A stretch of 51,406 nucleotides of DNA, filler included, from Porpidia crustulata (lineage: Eukaryota), in assembly GCA_964255105.1 (NCBI GenBank). It is 3 parts of 3 records of this genome, joined end to end, with 100 filler letters (N's around TTAATTAATTAA, not from the genome) between each part and the next. Parts side by side here need not be neighbours in the genome. Positions count along the whole stretch, not along the records: positions 1 to 17,078 come from CAXUWE010000231.1; positions 17,179 to 34,243 come from CAXUWE010000232.1; 1 more part is not named here. One strand, written 5' to 3'. The translations under genes were made by a program, and so were the position numbers. Shown in pieces: positions 13,078-26,983 of the stretch. A model generated the notes under the pieces. It saw only the letters and a program-made list of their open reading frames with translations, was not told the DNA's origin and did no database searches. Position 1 is the stretch's first letter. The number at the start of each line of letters is the position of its first letter.

Positions 13078-14049
13078 ATGAGCATCAGATACAAACTTGT
13101 TCGTAAGTGGCTCATCATCATCGGCTGTTCAATACCATACGGGGTTTTTATAGCAGTTGACAAGTCTCACTTGTGGGCCAAAAAAGCGGCCAGTAGGGCA
13201 GCCGAGGCCCGAACGAAGCGCGCCAACAAACCAAAACCTTTATCGCAAAAGCGACGAAGACTTTCTGGCTGTACTCCAAAATTCCCAGAGTCAACGTTTT
13301 TGCAGCAGCTCCCTCTCGAGATTCGCTTGGAGATATACAAATACGTTGTCGGTGGAGAGGTTTTGCACCTTGGCCATCTTCCCGGACGCATCGGTCACAC
13401 TCGTTGCATCCCATCAGAACATCAAGACTTGAGGTTCTTATCTGGGGGAAAGCCTTTATACGATGCTCCACTAGCGTGCTTGCCAGGACAACTCTCCTCA
13501 CATTACCAGAGATACTTATTCCTGCATCCACAATCCAACCAGCTGCTTGCGCTGCTCAAGGTCTGCCGGCAAGTTTATGTCGAAGCCGTTGGAATACTGT
13601 ACTCCACCAACAAATTTGCTATCGAGCACGTGAATGTGTTGATTTGGTTTTCTCGCTCAATCGTCCCTCGCCGTCTACAGATAATTCGAAATCTCCGGGT
13701 GGCCTTTGCTACCGGATTCTCGGGTACCTTTCCGCGTGATATATATGCTTCGAAATTCATGAGGCAATGGAAACGATTCTGGCACATTATTGCTGTTGAA
13801 ATGACCGGTCTTTTACGTTTAAGCTGTTATTTGGATTTCCGAGATCCTTATGGTATTGACAGCCATTGGCTGGATCAAGAAGCTGGATGGGTGCAGCCAA
13901 TGTCACACGTCCGTGGACTGGCCGATGCCGATGCAGCAATCTTGGTCAATTTAAACGACAGCCAGTGGCCCGATCACCTTGCTCGCGCCGAGAGATTGGG
14001 ACAATACCTGCAAAGAAACTGGAAAAGGCCGAGACTGGAGATTGAATGA
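13078..14049 (+). CDS. DUF7730-like (F-box-like) fungal hypothetical protein
   Basis: STFLQQLPLEIRLEIYKYVVGG...LLALLKVCRQVYVEAVGILYSTNKF motif; 323-aa ORF. Confidence 0.75.
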   Translation: MSIRYKLVRKWLIIIGCSIPYGVFIAVDKSHLWAKKAASRAAEARTKRANKPKPLSQKRRRLSGCTPKFPESTFLQQLPLEIRLEIYKYVVGGEVLHLGHLPGRIGHTRCIPSEHQDLRFLSGGKPLYDAPLACLPGQLSSHYQRYLFLHPQSNQLLALLKVCRQVYVEAVGILYSTNKFAIEHVNVLIWFSRSIVPRRLQIIRNLRVAFATGFSGTFPRDIYASKFMRQWKRFWHIIAVEMTGLLRLSCYLDFRDPYGIDSHWLDQEAGWVQPMSHVRGLADADAAILVNLNDSQWPDHLARAERLGQYLQRNWKRPRLEIE

Positions 14050-14286
14050 ATGCTCAACCGGGTAGACCGATAAATTGTAGCTCAACGGTCAAGAATTCAA
14101 GACTTGATGATTATGATAGATGAAGAATCTACCAGTACACGCAAGAAAGAATGGACTCCTGTGAGTCCTTGTCTAATCTTGGCCTTTACACGTAGCCAAT
14201 CTCTACATCATTTATCCCGTCGCTCGCAACCATGACTCCACCAATACCTTGAATTTTGTCATTACAATTAGCCCCGAAACCCTATG

Positions 14287-15581
14287 TTATACTCGGTTCT
14301 CGGAGATGTAATGCATATCTTTGTCGCTATTACGGAGTTCCGCAGAATTTCTTGAGTTTTTATGGCTGCTGTCCTCACTATCCTCAACGTTGGTCCACTC
14401 ACGCTTCTTTGGATATGATCTGAGAGGGTTACTGTAGCCGCCGCTGCTCTTCTTCTTATCCAGAGCACCCACGAAGAGAGGTCGCAACACCGGAAGACAT
14501 GCACAGACAATAGCCACGGCGGGCTCAATGGTCCAGATTGGTAAGGTGTCGATCGTACTGTCTGTGATGGACATGGTAAGCTAATGAGTCTCATTTGGGC
14601 TCCAGTGCTCAAATAGCTTACAACTGAGATCAGCATTTTGTAAAACGGCTTCAGTGATTCTCATCGCGCTCATGATAGTGCCTCTGCAGAAGTCAGCAGA
14701 CGTTCGAAAGTAACTAAGGTTTTCCCAACATACATCAAACCAAGCAGGAATATGCCAGATACAGCAATCTTCTGCTTCCGAGGCATCTGAAGGCTCCACA
14801 CGGTCCGAATTGGCAAGATCAATAATGTCAAATCGATCGAGGCGTTCCAGGCTCCAAAAATAGCCGGCCGCGCGATTCCCGATGGGTGACACGGTATTTC
14901 TGGATTCCAAAAATGGCTGATTGACTGGGGTGCACATTGAAGGAATGTTTGAATATATATGCCAACGAAAAAACTTGCGATGAGCCCAGCGTTGACCAAC
15001 CAGCCGATTTTGAACCATCTAGCTCTGAGCGAGAAGACTCGACGATATAGCATGAGGACTGATGCCTTTGCCATGGTCATCGTGGCATAGTAGGTCAATT
15101 GTAGCGCGAATTCGAGCTTTGTCTAGTCAGCTGAAGTCCATAACGGAATTGTGCCAGGATAGCTGAGGGCAGACCTTAGCGATAGCCCTGAACATGTCAA
15201 GAGTGACGCCGATACCGCCTCTTCCGATACCATAATGTACCACTGCAGCAAGCCTTAGATGTTGCATCTGGACATTGCGCTGCACAGGTATATTTACGGC
15301 AAAAACATTCAATTGCGACACCCCAAAATAGAACCTAGCGGCCCCGTGTGAGCAGTGTCTCTTAATCGCGAACCGGATTTTCTTACATATGCCGCAACGA
15401 CCAGGTAATCATCAGCTTCCAGATCAACCTTTCTTATTCGCCTGGCCCAGAACCGGCCAACGAGCACTGCCGAGCATATCACTAGAAACATGCACACGAT
15501 GCCAATCGTACGAGGGCCTCCAGTTTCATTGATGAACGAGTTTTCGAAGCCGCTTTCTGTTAGGGATAGAGAGGCCATCAT
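14287..15581 (-). CDS. PTH11-like (fungal rhodopsin-domain) integral membrane protein, multi-exon
   Basis: GRFWARR..LEADDYLV, AKASVLMLYRRVF, NASIDLTLLILPIRTVWSLQMPRKQKIAVSGIFLLG and WTIEPAVAIVCACLPVLRPL across exons. Confidence 0.9.
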
Positions 15582-17078
15582 TCCAGCAGAATTATAAACA
15601 GAGGTGAAAAGATTTACAAAACGGAAAAATAATGGCGAAACCAAGCTGATAGTATTTAAGGAAACATGAACGTATAAGAATGAGTTGACAGTGGCTATCC
15701 ACAGCCCAAGTACGTCGTACAGCGATGTAGGGTTGAAAGTAAATGTTCATCACATCAATACATTGCAATGCACGATGTGGTAGCACAAGGCCTGTTTCAG
15801 TGCGAACGGGCAATGCTGATCGGCGACCACATTTTGCTTTGAGGCACAGTGCAGGGATTCTCACAGCGTGGAAACTCGCACTCGGCTTTTACGAAATCGC
15901 GTCGCCAGACGTCAGTCCTTTGAATCCAGTCGACAGTGGGACCAAGTTGAGCACGCTCAAATGTCAAGGTGGCAGCAATGGCTATAATCTTTTGGGGAGT
16001 TTTTCTGTAAAACTACCAACGTCGATGCTTCCTTCATTGCATCGTCCGTCATGAGTCAGGACATTCACAGATTGTTTTCCATTCTGTGGCGTAAGAAACC
16101 GTTGATACCCCCTTGGTAAAAATTTTATGAGGAAATTTGGAAAGACGCTACAAGGATTAATGTCCAATCACATGGAAGACTATTTGACGTTATATGGACG
16201 CCGTCTACTCATCTGCAGCGGTCCGACCCCGGTAGATGGGCCGTCAATGATCGCCATAGCGGCACGTGCATAATCAATGACGATCATGGCGAATGGCGCA
16301 CGTGTGGATTTCATCCACATACCTGGTCTGTGGGCCATGTTATCGTGATGAAACAGTTGTGGGTTGGGTGTGCAGATTGAGCAAGAGTGCTCGCGCGAAG
16401 TGGTATTCGCATTTGATGGCTTGAAGCAGCGCCACAGACTAAGCTGAGCAAGACAAATAGACAAAAAGGCAAAAAGACAAAAAGACTAAAGCCATATGTT
16501 CTTATCTTTTTGAAATCTTTTACGATAGGTATCCAGGAGTCATGACCAAGCACCTCGTCACAAAACCTTCAACTCCCGAATCTCCACATAAATCCCAGCA
16601 TCTATTTGCATCTCAACAGCACTAAATTTGATAAGGAAGCATATCCCATATGAAAGCCGTTAGTCAATGTGAAGTTGCATTACAAAAATTGTACTTTTCA
16701 TTTCTTCGACATTCTGTATTCTCCATGTAAGACCTCCCTCATCACCCTCCCTATCCAAACTACTATCCTATCAACCCCTCTCCCAAACCCTCACGTCCCT
16801 CGTGTAAACACACATCATCGCTCCATTTCACCCTCTCTCCCTCCCATTCCCATTCTCCCCTCCAAAGATACCCAAACTTACCTTTCCGCCGCACCTCATC
16901 CCCTCCTTCACGCTCAATTGCCCTACTGCTATATATCGACTTGCCTCATTGCTTGTATTTACGTGAATGTTGAAGGCGGTGGACGGTGTGGGAGAAAAGA
17001 GAAGAGGAGAGAGAGGGGAAGCGGTTGTAGGATAGGAATCGAGAGGGTTTGAGCGGGGGGGAAGCGCAAGGATATATA

Positions 17079-17178
17079 NNNNNNNNNNNNNNNNNNNNNN
17101 NNNNNNNNNNNNNNNNNNNNNNTTAATTAATTAANNNNNNNNNNNNNNNNNNNNNNNNNNNNNNNNNNNNNNNNNNNN
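17079..17178. other. Scaffold gap with synthetic TTAATTAATTAA six-frame-stop linker
   Basis: N run with embedded TTAATTAATTAA, 100 nt in total; same structure as the second gap. Confidence 0.97.
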
Positions 17179-17601
17179 GTGTTTGGTTGTCGGGCTTGGG
17201 TTGGGGTGGTGAGGGTTGGTGGCGGTGGTGGTTTGGGATGCGTTGGGAGTGTTGGTGTTTGGCCTGGGTTCGATCGTGATTTTTGAGAGATGACGTCTAG
17301 GTTTTTTGTTGTCGCGGCTCTTCAAAATACGGAGGCGATCGATGAGATCTTGAAGCTTCGTTAGGGAAAGGGTAGCGTCGTCCTCGCTAGAGGAAGCTGA
17401 TTCAGGGGGCGAGACGGTGCCGGACAGTGACCGCGCCGATATCTTATTATGGTCTTCTCGCACTTTGGGTTTTAAGCTTTCTGTTTTATGCTCGATAGGA
17501 GCCTCGATCGGAGACAGCGCAGAACTTTGCGGTCGGGGGGAAGCTGTTGGTTGGGTAGAGAAGCCGGGGAGGTTGAGTCGAATCTTCGGGAAGTAGTCCA
17601 T
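17179..17601 (-). CDS. Hypothetical S/P/T-rich protein, truncated by the gap
   Basis: Open frame from ATG (MDYFPKIRLNLPG...) into the N gap; no recognisable domain. Confidence 0.4.
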
Positions 17602-18156
17602 AGTCGTTGGCGAGGCTGTGCTGCCGGAGCGCAGGTAGATATGTGGGCTTAAATTATCGGTCGGGTTTGTTGAAAAAAGTAAACTGGTTTTCACTAAGTG
17701 GAATGTGAGAAGTAAAATCAAAGGCTGGGGGAGAACTTTTGATAACTTGGATGATTCATCGTTGTGTATCCCAGGCATGTGTTTGACAGATAAGACATCC
17801 GTCCATGATGTGAAAGTTGGTCACTTGACTGTTGTCAAAGACGATGTGCTGAGCCATTTGTAGCATTCACTCCTCATCAACTTGAAATCCCCTTCTCGCC
17901 TCTGACGTGTTAGCCAGATTTGTGAATAGAATTTTGGGTGATGAAAATAATGCAAAGGGACACAGATTGAAAAGGATGGCACCGGGACTGCAGAGTGCGG
18001 TTCCATAAGTTCCAACTAAATCGCAAGCTTGAGGACGGCATGCACTCCCTTATATTGTCCAACAAAGCCCTAAAAATCCCACCTCACCATATCCATCCCA
18101 ATATCTAATCATTTGCTTTCTTCCATCTTCGTTCCTGTTCTACAACTCCTCACACT

Positions 18157-18585
18157 TCATTTTCTGCAGTCTGCTACGTCCAACTCAGCCTTTAATCCTT
18201 CCTGTCCCGCCGGCATGTGGCTCCGGACCTTCTGCCTAGGCCTTCCGTCCAGATTTTCCCCCTTTACAAACACCCACTGCGTCAGATCTTGCTTGTGACT
18301 GTGCTTCGAGGAATCCGTGGAGTTTCCATTATTGACAAGATGGGTGGTTCCCTTGAACTCATCCGTGGTCCAAGGAGCACTCGTGACGTTGATCCACCCT
18401 TTGTCAGATCTCGGGTCCTTTAGGACTTCCCATTCCTCCATCAGCTCTTCATTGCCAGCATCAATGGCAGTCGGAGAGAGCTTCGTATTCCTATCTTGGG
18501 TAGTACGGTGGGTTGACGGTTGCTTATTTGATTGCAAATTGTCCTTGGCGCGAGGGTCTCTGGGTAATCCGACTGCTGGAGGCAT
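18157..18585 (-). CDS. Small hypothetical protein
   Basis: About 142-aa ATG-initiated ORF with protein-like composition (EEWEVL, QWVFV); no family recognised. Confidence 0.4.
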   Translation of the reverse strand: MPPAVGLPRDPRAKDNLQSNKQPSTHRTTQDRNTKLSPTAIDAGNEELMEEWEVLKDPRSDKGWINVTSAPWTTDEFKGTTHLVNNGNSTDSSKHSHKQDLTQWVFVKGENLDGRPRQKVRSHMPAGQEGLKAELDVADCRK

Positions 18586-19692
18586 CTTGGTCAATGCTAG
18601 TTGCTGTAATTGATAAAATCTTAGGGACTTTGAAAGTTCGTTGTATCAGACTTGAGTGAACCAGAATGTGTATGTCAGATCAAGGATGCTATTGCAAAGA
18701 GACCAGAATTGAAAGTGTTAGGGGAAGGCTTTCTGTATAATGGATGATTGTAGAATGTCCTAATTCTTTGTAACTGGAGACAATGAGTAATGACATTGAG
18801 CGTGAAACAATGAAGGTAAAATAATGGCTTTCGTTTACGAATAAAACATGAATAGAGGAGAGCAGCTAAGCCTAATCGAGGTATATAGAGGAGGATTAAT
18901 AGCTAAAAGGATAGCACAGGCCTAATGCTCATATAGCGACGTAATTTTCAAAGGAAGTTGTGATCTGAATAAGGGGAGTACAGCCTACAGTCGACATTAA
19001 TTGAACAGGCCAGACACTTCACCAGAACTAAGTAGATACTCCTGTTCACCCTCGACAATGAACTCCGACAAACTGTAAGCCAAAATCGGGCATCGAAAAT
19101 GTGCACGATGCTGTCGCTCGATAAGATGGCGAAATTGTGAGATGATTCGCCGCAAAAAGGACATGGAAAGAGCCGCGTGATGCGCGAAAGCCTTGAAACA
19201 ATGAAAACTCGTTCGTAACTCGATCTGTAACCACTTAGTATTGGTCTTCCTGGCCTGTTTCCAACGGTTGAGCAAAAGGCTTTCTTGATGGGTTTTTCTT
19301 CTAGGCTGAAGATGACATATCTACCAGCTCCTACGAGCTTTTGGGCCCAAATTAATTAACCATGTTCCTATTACTTTAAAGTACTCTTAAGTATGAACGT
19401 AGCTTTCCTCGGCAGACTGCTAACAGAATGGTCCGCGCTGCTTTTACAGCCATGCGGTCTGCTCTGAGTCCCTCCAACACCTTTTGGCGTTGTATCCCAG
19501 AAAGCTTCTGGCCAGGTCGAACCTCATCCATTTTATGCGCCGACGACTGGGGTAGTGGTAGAAAGCTGCCAGGCGAGATCATATGCCATGGCTCCGAAAG
19601 AGACCCAACAGTCATGTACACAACCCAAGTTGATAGAATAGTCAAGGACGGCCATCCCTTGTATAAATCAACCCTTCAAGTGCTTAGAAATC

Positions 19693-20266
19693 TTATGCCA
19701 TCGTCGCCCAAGCACCTACTGTTGCTCCCAGTAGTGGCAACAAACCTCTACCGAGATTCAGGGTGGCCCACCAGTCAATCAGCTCTTTTGCGGACTCATC
19801 TCCTTTGTCCTCCTCGGCGACGATTTTATCAAGACTCATAGCCTTTGTGTTGTCGGCTTTGCTCGTCAATTTGTCGTTCACACCCTTCATCATAAGAAGA
19901 GTATATGGTATGATACTAAGCGTGGAGAAGGCCGCCAAGCCATACAGCTCGCCTTTCGTCTGATTCAAGGTCTTAGACATCTTGTAAGATAGATATGCGA
20001 AAGCTAGGGACGAGATCATGGCAAGTGGAGGCGCAGCAGCTTTCCCTCGAAGAAACAATTTGTGCCATTGTCGAGCTGCAAGGAGGCCTGGAGCGAGTAG
20101 AATTGATGGGATAGAGATGAATGAGATAGATAGTATGGCGCCTAAATAGTGCTGTTAGCTTACGGAGATCTAGATACAGCCTAGAAGCCTAGATTTACGC
20201 ACCAGATAGAAAGGAAGAAACGGTAATCCCCAATGCTTGAGCCACACGAATGGAAGTCTCTGGCAT
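19693..20266 (-). CDS. DUF1772 / anthrone oxygenase-like membrane protein, 2 exons
   Basis: MPETSIRVAQALGIT..|..ARQWHKLFLRGK..IIPYTLLMMKGVNDKL..ELIDWWATLNLGRGLLPL; GTGCGT...GCTAAC...TAG intron. Confidence 0.88.
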
Positions 20267-22908
20267 ATTTAAGTATGAGCACCCTGTCCAACCTAATCTG
20301 AAGCAGCGCTCCCAGACCCAATCTCTTACAGTGGAGAGATGGACTGTCTTTCAGCGGACTCGATCCCAACGTGCGGTGAGACAGAGATTAAGACACAAAC
20401 TGAGCGTACCTTGTTACCAACTGTGTGTGCTGCGCAGACCTATTAACTAAGCGTGCACACCTAGCACTTAGGTACGTCATTGAAATAAAAAATGGAAATG
20501 GTTTTCGTGTAAATTTGGGTAGATTACACGAGGTCCATTTCCATTTTTTTTCTTCAACCGCGTCCAAGATACCTTCCTATGTAGGAACGAGGGAGAGAAA
20601 AACCCCAGTTACGGAGGTATCGAGAGGCGTCGAAGCTTTTTACTGACACGATGATGCCCCGCGAAGTACTTACGACCCTTTTCATCATCCTAGAATCCTC
20701 ATTAGTCCTTCCGCAATTGCTCTTGCTTCGGCAGACCACCATTCCTGCTGTCATCGACTCATTCTATTGTCTCACGCTTGCCTTCAATCGAGCGTATGAT
20801 ATAAATCAATTACTGCATGCCTTGGAGCGCCACTTTGAGCCTAGAGTAACAATTTTAGTATTGTTTAGATAGCACTTTACGTTGACCATGTGTGGATCTG
20901 ATGGTATGGTCGACTCCCGATTTGGTTTTAATTAACAATTTAGGATTCGGATCCTTCTATTATATTCTAGTCACCACTTGGTAGAATTTGAACGAAGCTC
21001 CGGAATTATTGGACTACGGGTCGCGGTTTGGTTTTATACGTCCGAAAGCAAAATTGAAGCTCCACTACAAGACTCTTATTCGAAAACATAGCCCCAAGGT
21101 TTCTTAAGTGTCTCTAGAGTGAGCAAGCGTCTCGTCGATCGTGTTCGATACATTGGTGAGACTTGTGAAGGGTCGATGCAAAAATAAGATCATACGGAGC
21201 GTGGGAGCACAAGGTAGACAATCACTTTTCGGGCGCAGTGTGACATCGAATTAATTGAGCGATTTTGAATCCTTCGTGCTCCTCCGTGGCGTTGTTTCAG
21301 AAGGTGCACTGCCTTGAGCGTCATTTGAAACGGACGATAAACGCCAGAGACTAGGATCAGAATCCTAGAACGACCATGCGAAGCGAGCCGAAGGAATCAT
21401 CCCGCTCAATGTACATACGGTGATAAGTTGGAGATTGACCGAAAGCGGTGGTTATTAATAGTATTTCGCGTCGGGGTGCAGAGTCTATACTCTTTATTCT
21501 CGTCGACCATGGCCAAAGGTCCATTTAAAGACAGTTAATTATGGCTCAATAAATCACTAGCTAAGATTCATGCACGATCCTAACCGTTTTGGATGGGCTT
21601 CATCAAGTCAGGGTGTCAGGGTCAATCTCAATCTTCAGGCTTACCGCTTGCTGATTATTTAGGATGCATCAGCTTCTGTCTCACTACACCTTACCTACCG
21701 GTTCAACGCCACAGAGTACCCTATCTGACTAGAGCACTACCGAAGGCTGAAAGCATGGAATCGGAAGCATATTTGTTCTTACGAGTCGGAAGAAAGTGCT
21801 GAGCCTCCATTGTCTGAAGACAATCAATCTCGAGGAAAACTTTTCCCGTCCAAATTGATCATCTAGTTCAGCAACGAAGCACTTGTCCAAGCGATGCTGC
21901 ATACTAAAAGTGGAATCTTGAAATCCAATCTGAACTCAACATCGACGCATGTTGATTGACAATCCATGGGTTCAAGGGTCGCAAATCATCAACATCAAAT
22001 GTGTACGAACAGTATATATCTCCTCTCCAATTTCTAAAGACCTGATAAGTACTGCCATATAAGCCAGTCATCTTCAACAGGAGTCGAGCTTCAAGAGGGT
22101 GTTGAGGGTGTTCAAAGCTACTACTCTAGTAGTCACATAGTTTAGAACTCCCACATGGCATTTACTAGGGTACCACGGCTGTGGATCTGATGGGTTCATA
22201 TCGGTAGCTTCCGATAGGTAGGTCTTCGAACGATGTGTCGTTATTCTCGACTTGGACCACTACCAGCCAAGCATCCAGGCGCTTAAACGTTGTACTCCGT
22301 GTCTCTCCCGGTTCGGGACTTGGATCTTTCCGCCTATCATGATTCTTATTTTTCGGCCAGTCTGACCTGCCTTGCAATCGCTTGTTATCTCTCTCTCTAC
22401 CTCTTCGACCCAGCAAGCCTTGCGAGAAGCCAGGTTTTGTCATTATGGCACGGTTCAAGCTAATCCTAAGGTTCCCCAGGAATCCTGAAACAGCTATAAC
22501 TAATCACACTAGCCACGCTGGCCTCGATGACAAGCGAATCCTTGTTTGGATGCATCCTATGCTTTGTCGTTGTAATATAGGTCTGTCGTGCGCAGCACCT
22601 GACATAGTGGCCGAGTCCGTACTCCGTATAAACCTCTGCAAATCCTTTAATCTCTGGTTACACACAGCCTACTATTGCTTTCTATTTACTTGCTTTGTGT
22701 AACCTCCCAGATCAAGCTCCTCACATGGTTATTTGACTGCAAGTCAACGGCACTCGAGACGTCTTACTGACCACGCGTTCTTGAGCACACTACTGCGTTC
22801 CATTCATTCCTCCATGACACTCCTTCCTCCCCGTTACCTTTTCTGATTCTAGATCACCTTGCACCCCTGGTCTTTCCTTCATTGGCTGCAAACATTTCTT
22901 TAGTCTTC

Positions 22909-24059
22909 ATGCCTTTGGATCAATTCTACGGTGGAACTGGTCTTGACATTCTCTATCCCGTACCAATTATGAACAGCCATGATTTCTCGGAGTCTGAATG
23001 GGACTCCTCACATCTTGTAAGTGCATCCGTCTTCACCATACAAGCTTTCGCCTGCTTTTATTTATTGGTCTGGCAACCAGATACCTATCCATCCGAGCCA
23101 GTATGAGACGCCCTATCCTGCCCCGAGGGTTCCTCCGCCAATAGAGATCACACCGCTGCCAGGCCATGTAATGGCGTATCCGAGACCCAAAAGCAGTCCC
23201 AGCACCTTCGGCCCTAACGTGGAAGACCTCGTATTTACAGAGAACCCTTTCAGGATGAAGAATGAAGGCTACCCAGCCCCAATGTACTCAATGTCACCAA
23301 TGCCAACCACCAAGGTACCGAGCCCCTACCTCGGAGGGGAATATCCAGTATCCAATCCGAGCATATCCCCAAGCAGACAAGGAGGCCTGATTCCAATTGC
23401 GCCGGATCCAGTTGGTCTTCGACAGATGAATGCTCTGAAGCGAATGCGAGAAGAGGAAGAGTACTCCGAGTACGGTCAGAGGAAACGAAAGCGAACGCCA
23501 TCTCAGTCTGGCCCGGTCGAGCTGAACGAAGAAGAGCAGCTGTTGCTCAGATTGAAGGAAGAGGAAAATCTACCATGGAAAGACATTGCCGTACGCTTTC
23601 AGATAGATCTGGGTAAAACGTATCAAGTTCCAGCGTTGCAGATGCGGTTTAAGAGACTGAGAGAGCGTATGCGGACATGGAGCGAGACTGATGTGAGCTT
23701 TTTCATCTCTTTTGTTCCTCCCTGTCATCTTTGATCTGATTCTGAGAAAGGTTCAAGCTCTCGAACAAGCCTACGAATACTGGGAGAAGTTCCAATTCGA
23801 CATTATCGCCGCAAAGGTACATCTGTCCCGACGCTCTACCACATTCTTCACCGAAGCTCACTGACACCTACTCAACCAGATGCTGGACTTCGGGGCCTCC
23901 GAACGATGGCCAGCCAAGTATTGCGCCCGCAAGTGGGAGGAGATACATCCAGGAAGATTACCCTTCCAGACACAATCCAACTTCCTCCAAGATCCATGGG
24001 ATGTCGAACACGCAAGCCCCGTGGAATCAACACTAAGCCGCAGTCCACGCCCACTGTGA
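22909..24059 (+). CDS. Myb/SANT-like DNA-binding protein, 4 exons
   Basis: LNEEEQLLLRLKEEENLPWKDIA..YQVPALQMRFKRLRERMRTWSETD|VQALEQAYEYWEKFQFDIIAAK|MLDFGASERWPAKYCARKW. Introns 23017-23080, 23693-23750 and 23817-23879 keep the frame. Confidence 0.88.
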
Positions 24060-26119
24060 CCCCTAATCGCCCAAGGCCCGCATCAAAATAATATTTGTCT
24101 TTAGGCGCACTATCAAGCAAATTGGCGACAGCATCATAGTCCGGAGTTAGCGGGACGCTAGGTACAGGAGCACGAGCATCTTACGAACGCATCATCAGCG
24201 GTCTGAAATTTACAGGAGTCAATTTTGGATACGGGAACCTTAATGAGTCTCGACACGTGGGTATAGAATGGATTACGGCGTCTGGGAATTACTAGAAGTA
24301 TACCTATTTTTACCCATCCTGATTTGTTGTACATGGCGTGCATCATTGGGATTCAGATGCGGTCAGTCATGCGATGGATAAGTGTATATTGGACATGGAA
24401 CATAAGGCAAAAATCAAGCGATATAGTTGTAGCCAGAGAGAGTCTTCTATTCCCAGGAAACTCTGGGTCGCAGCAAGCCTTCGCAACAGAAGCCAAATCG
24501 AGACAACCCCTATAAAGCGATACACTAAGATTTCTCTCCAGCTGCGGCGCCCCGTCAGAGATTGGCTTACTCAACTCGGTCGGACATGACCGAAAAGTGC
24601 CTCATCAGCGAAGTAATCGCCGCAGTGGACTTTTCATGCTGTCATGCGAATTAACACCAGTCGGCTTGACTAGACATTTGCGAAAGCGATCCAAGATATC
24701 ATCAACAAGATCCACCAATTTACCTGACTCAACCGCCTAAGGCGCTGAGGCAGTACGAAACCCCCCACACCACACGATGCGAATCTCCGACATGAGGCTC
24801 CAGACTAGCCATGCAAGTCGTCCAGCACATGTACTGATCGGCTGCATCAGACCAGACCCGTTCGTGACCCTGCGAGCGACCTGCGCCGTGAGCCATGAAA
24901 TTTTTTTAATTTTCTGGAGATTGAGCAGGTTGACTGCACCGCGAGGCTGTGCGGTGAGTATCCGGGGGGTTGGAGGCCTAACTGGCTGACAATTTTAGGG
25001 CCGCGACTGGGTGGGGGGAGAAACTAAGGCAGGCTTAGCACACGAGGATTTGTCGTTCGTAGGCGAGAAATTCGCAGGTTTCAGGGTCGAAAGGGGAAAA
25101 GTTCATGCGCTGATGGGTTTCAGAAGCGTCTGATGTAAGGCAGGACGAGCGTCATGTATATATGTTGTGATGAGTCATTAAGGGGATCAGACTATTGATG
25201 GACGCTTCAAGATCATCTTGATGGTTGAGGATCGAACGATTGACGGCCGAGCAAAAAGCGACCGCAATGGTGCCAAGACTTTTTCCCCGCCGCAAAGTAT
25301 CCGCCCCTAAGATGCATCCTGATCAACCCGCCTGCTTGGTCTTGGAAACCAGTATTCCCCTCCATTACCCCCCCTGGGTGCCGTTACGGAGGTGGATCTG
25401 ACAGCATCGTGCGTGGTTGGCTTGTTCGTAAATTTATTGACCTCGTACAAATGTCATTAAAACTCACAGAAATATAACAACCTAATTAAGGAAGATTTGA
25501 AACCCCAGAGGAACGCCAACTACCACGACACCGAATATTATTCCAAGGATCAATCCTGTCAACTGCAAGATAATTGCTCAGGCAGCCTCTGATTTTATTT
25601 GTGATCGTGGCTTAAATCTTATACATGAGTGTGTCTTCACAGGTATTTGGAGTAACGCGATTGGCTTCCAAATAATCGGCAAAAATGACCGAGCCAGAAC
25701 CCTTTCAGGGTCTTCGACCTCTAAGTGGACTAACTACAAGACGAGTTTGAGTGCCTGTGAAGCGGCCGTCAAAATGGAAAGCTTTTGCCATTCTTTAGTG
25801 TGACCTTCCCACAATCTGTGGTCCTTGAGAAGCTGTTTTTAGCTTCTCCACCCTTTACGGCGCTCTCAACTTTGCAAGCCATCACGCCCGTGATATTGCA
25901 ATTACTTGCACCTGCTACCCCCCAAAAACAATGGCCTCCGTTTGACGGCATAGAGGCACTTAATGCAAAGATGGCTTTTCAAAATGACCCACCTCCATCT
26001 CCACCCCTCTATCTTCTCTCCACGTCCTCCTTCTCTCGCTCCTCGTGCGACGATTGCAGTGACCTCGCTAGCCGCTTCTCGCGCCTCTACTATCTATGAC
26101 TACGAAGCTCATCTTTCGC

Positions 26120-26420
26120 CGGATTCATGCAGTGGAAGATGTTGTAAAACTCTTCAGATTCGCGAAGCGCGAGAAGGAGCTTCGATCGAAAGACAATCGC
26201 TTTTCTCGATTGCTCACGAGCGTTGCACGGCAAGAATCTACGGTCATTGTTCTGTCATTGACGGGAAATAGTTTACATTCTATCGACATCTCATTCGAGA
26301 ACTCAGTTTCACGAAACCGAATGACAAGGAGGGATCAACGACGTACAAGTTCACGGAAAATATCTATGATACATGGATGCTCACTCACTTCGGTAGAATT
26401 TGCTATGTTATTGATCCCAT
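26120..26420 (+). pseudogene. Relic of a DUF7924-like fungal gene (C-terminal part)
   Basis: AVEDVVKLFRFAKREKEL / FSIAHERCTARIYGHCSVIDGK*FTFYRHLIRELSF...YKFTENIYDTWMLTHFGRICYVID matches the family pattern as I recall it; has a frameshift and an in-frame stop. Confidence 0.75.
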
Positions 26421-26983
26421 GTTATCTTTGAGCTTTCACAGCAATCCGAGCTTGAGTTTTCCAAGGTGTCTTGTCTTTCGCAGGAGCTAGAAGGTCACCT
26501 TTCTCATCACAATCAATTGCCAAGTCCGCGTCCCTGCTAGCTGCTTGAGGAACATGACAGTCAGTCAAGCATTGTTGATTTACCAAATAGTATTCCAAGT
26601 ACTTCTATATCTACAAGAGCCGAGCCGGAAACATCCAAAGTACCGAAGAAAAGGCGTACTACCGCATAGCAACGCAGAGCTGTGCAAAGTGGAAAGCTTT
26701 GCCTAGGATGGTCCAATTTCTTCTGTTTCTGTGCCTTATCCTCAATTGTGGTTATTCCTTCGACGTTACCGAGCCATAGTATCCTGGCAATCACTTGTTC
26801 GAGTCGGCATAACATTGGTAGGATACATTTTGACTGTGACAGCTTGATCCATCAGAAGTACCGGCTCAGCGAGATAGCTGCACCCGCCGAAGTCGCAAAA
26901 TTAATAGTCGAATGGCACAAAGATTACCTAGCCCATATCCATGTTGACTGCGCTGCCAGAAGACATGGCTTGGTATTTGAGCA

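Noticed and set aside
17123..17134. Palindromic TTAATTAATTAA inside N runs (also at 34288-34299)
   Set aside because: Artificial six-frame-stop contig linker, not biological.
24700..25500. GC-rich non-coding stretch examined for ncRNA, telomerase template or element ends
   Set aside because: No template motif, terminal repeat or recognisable RNA motif found by eye.
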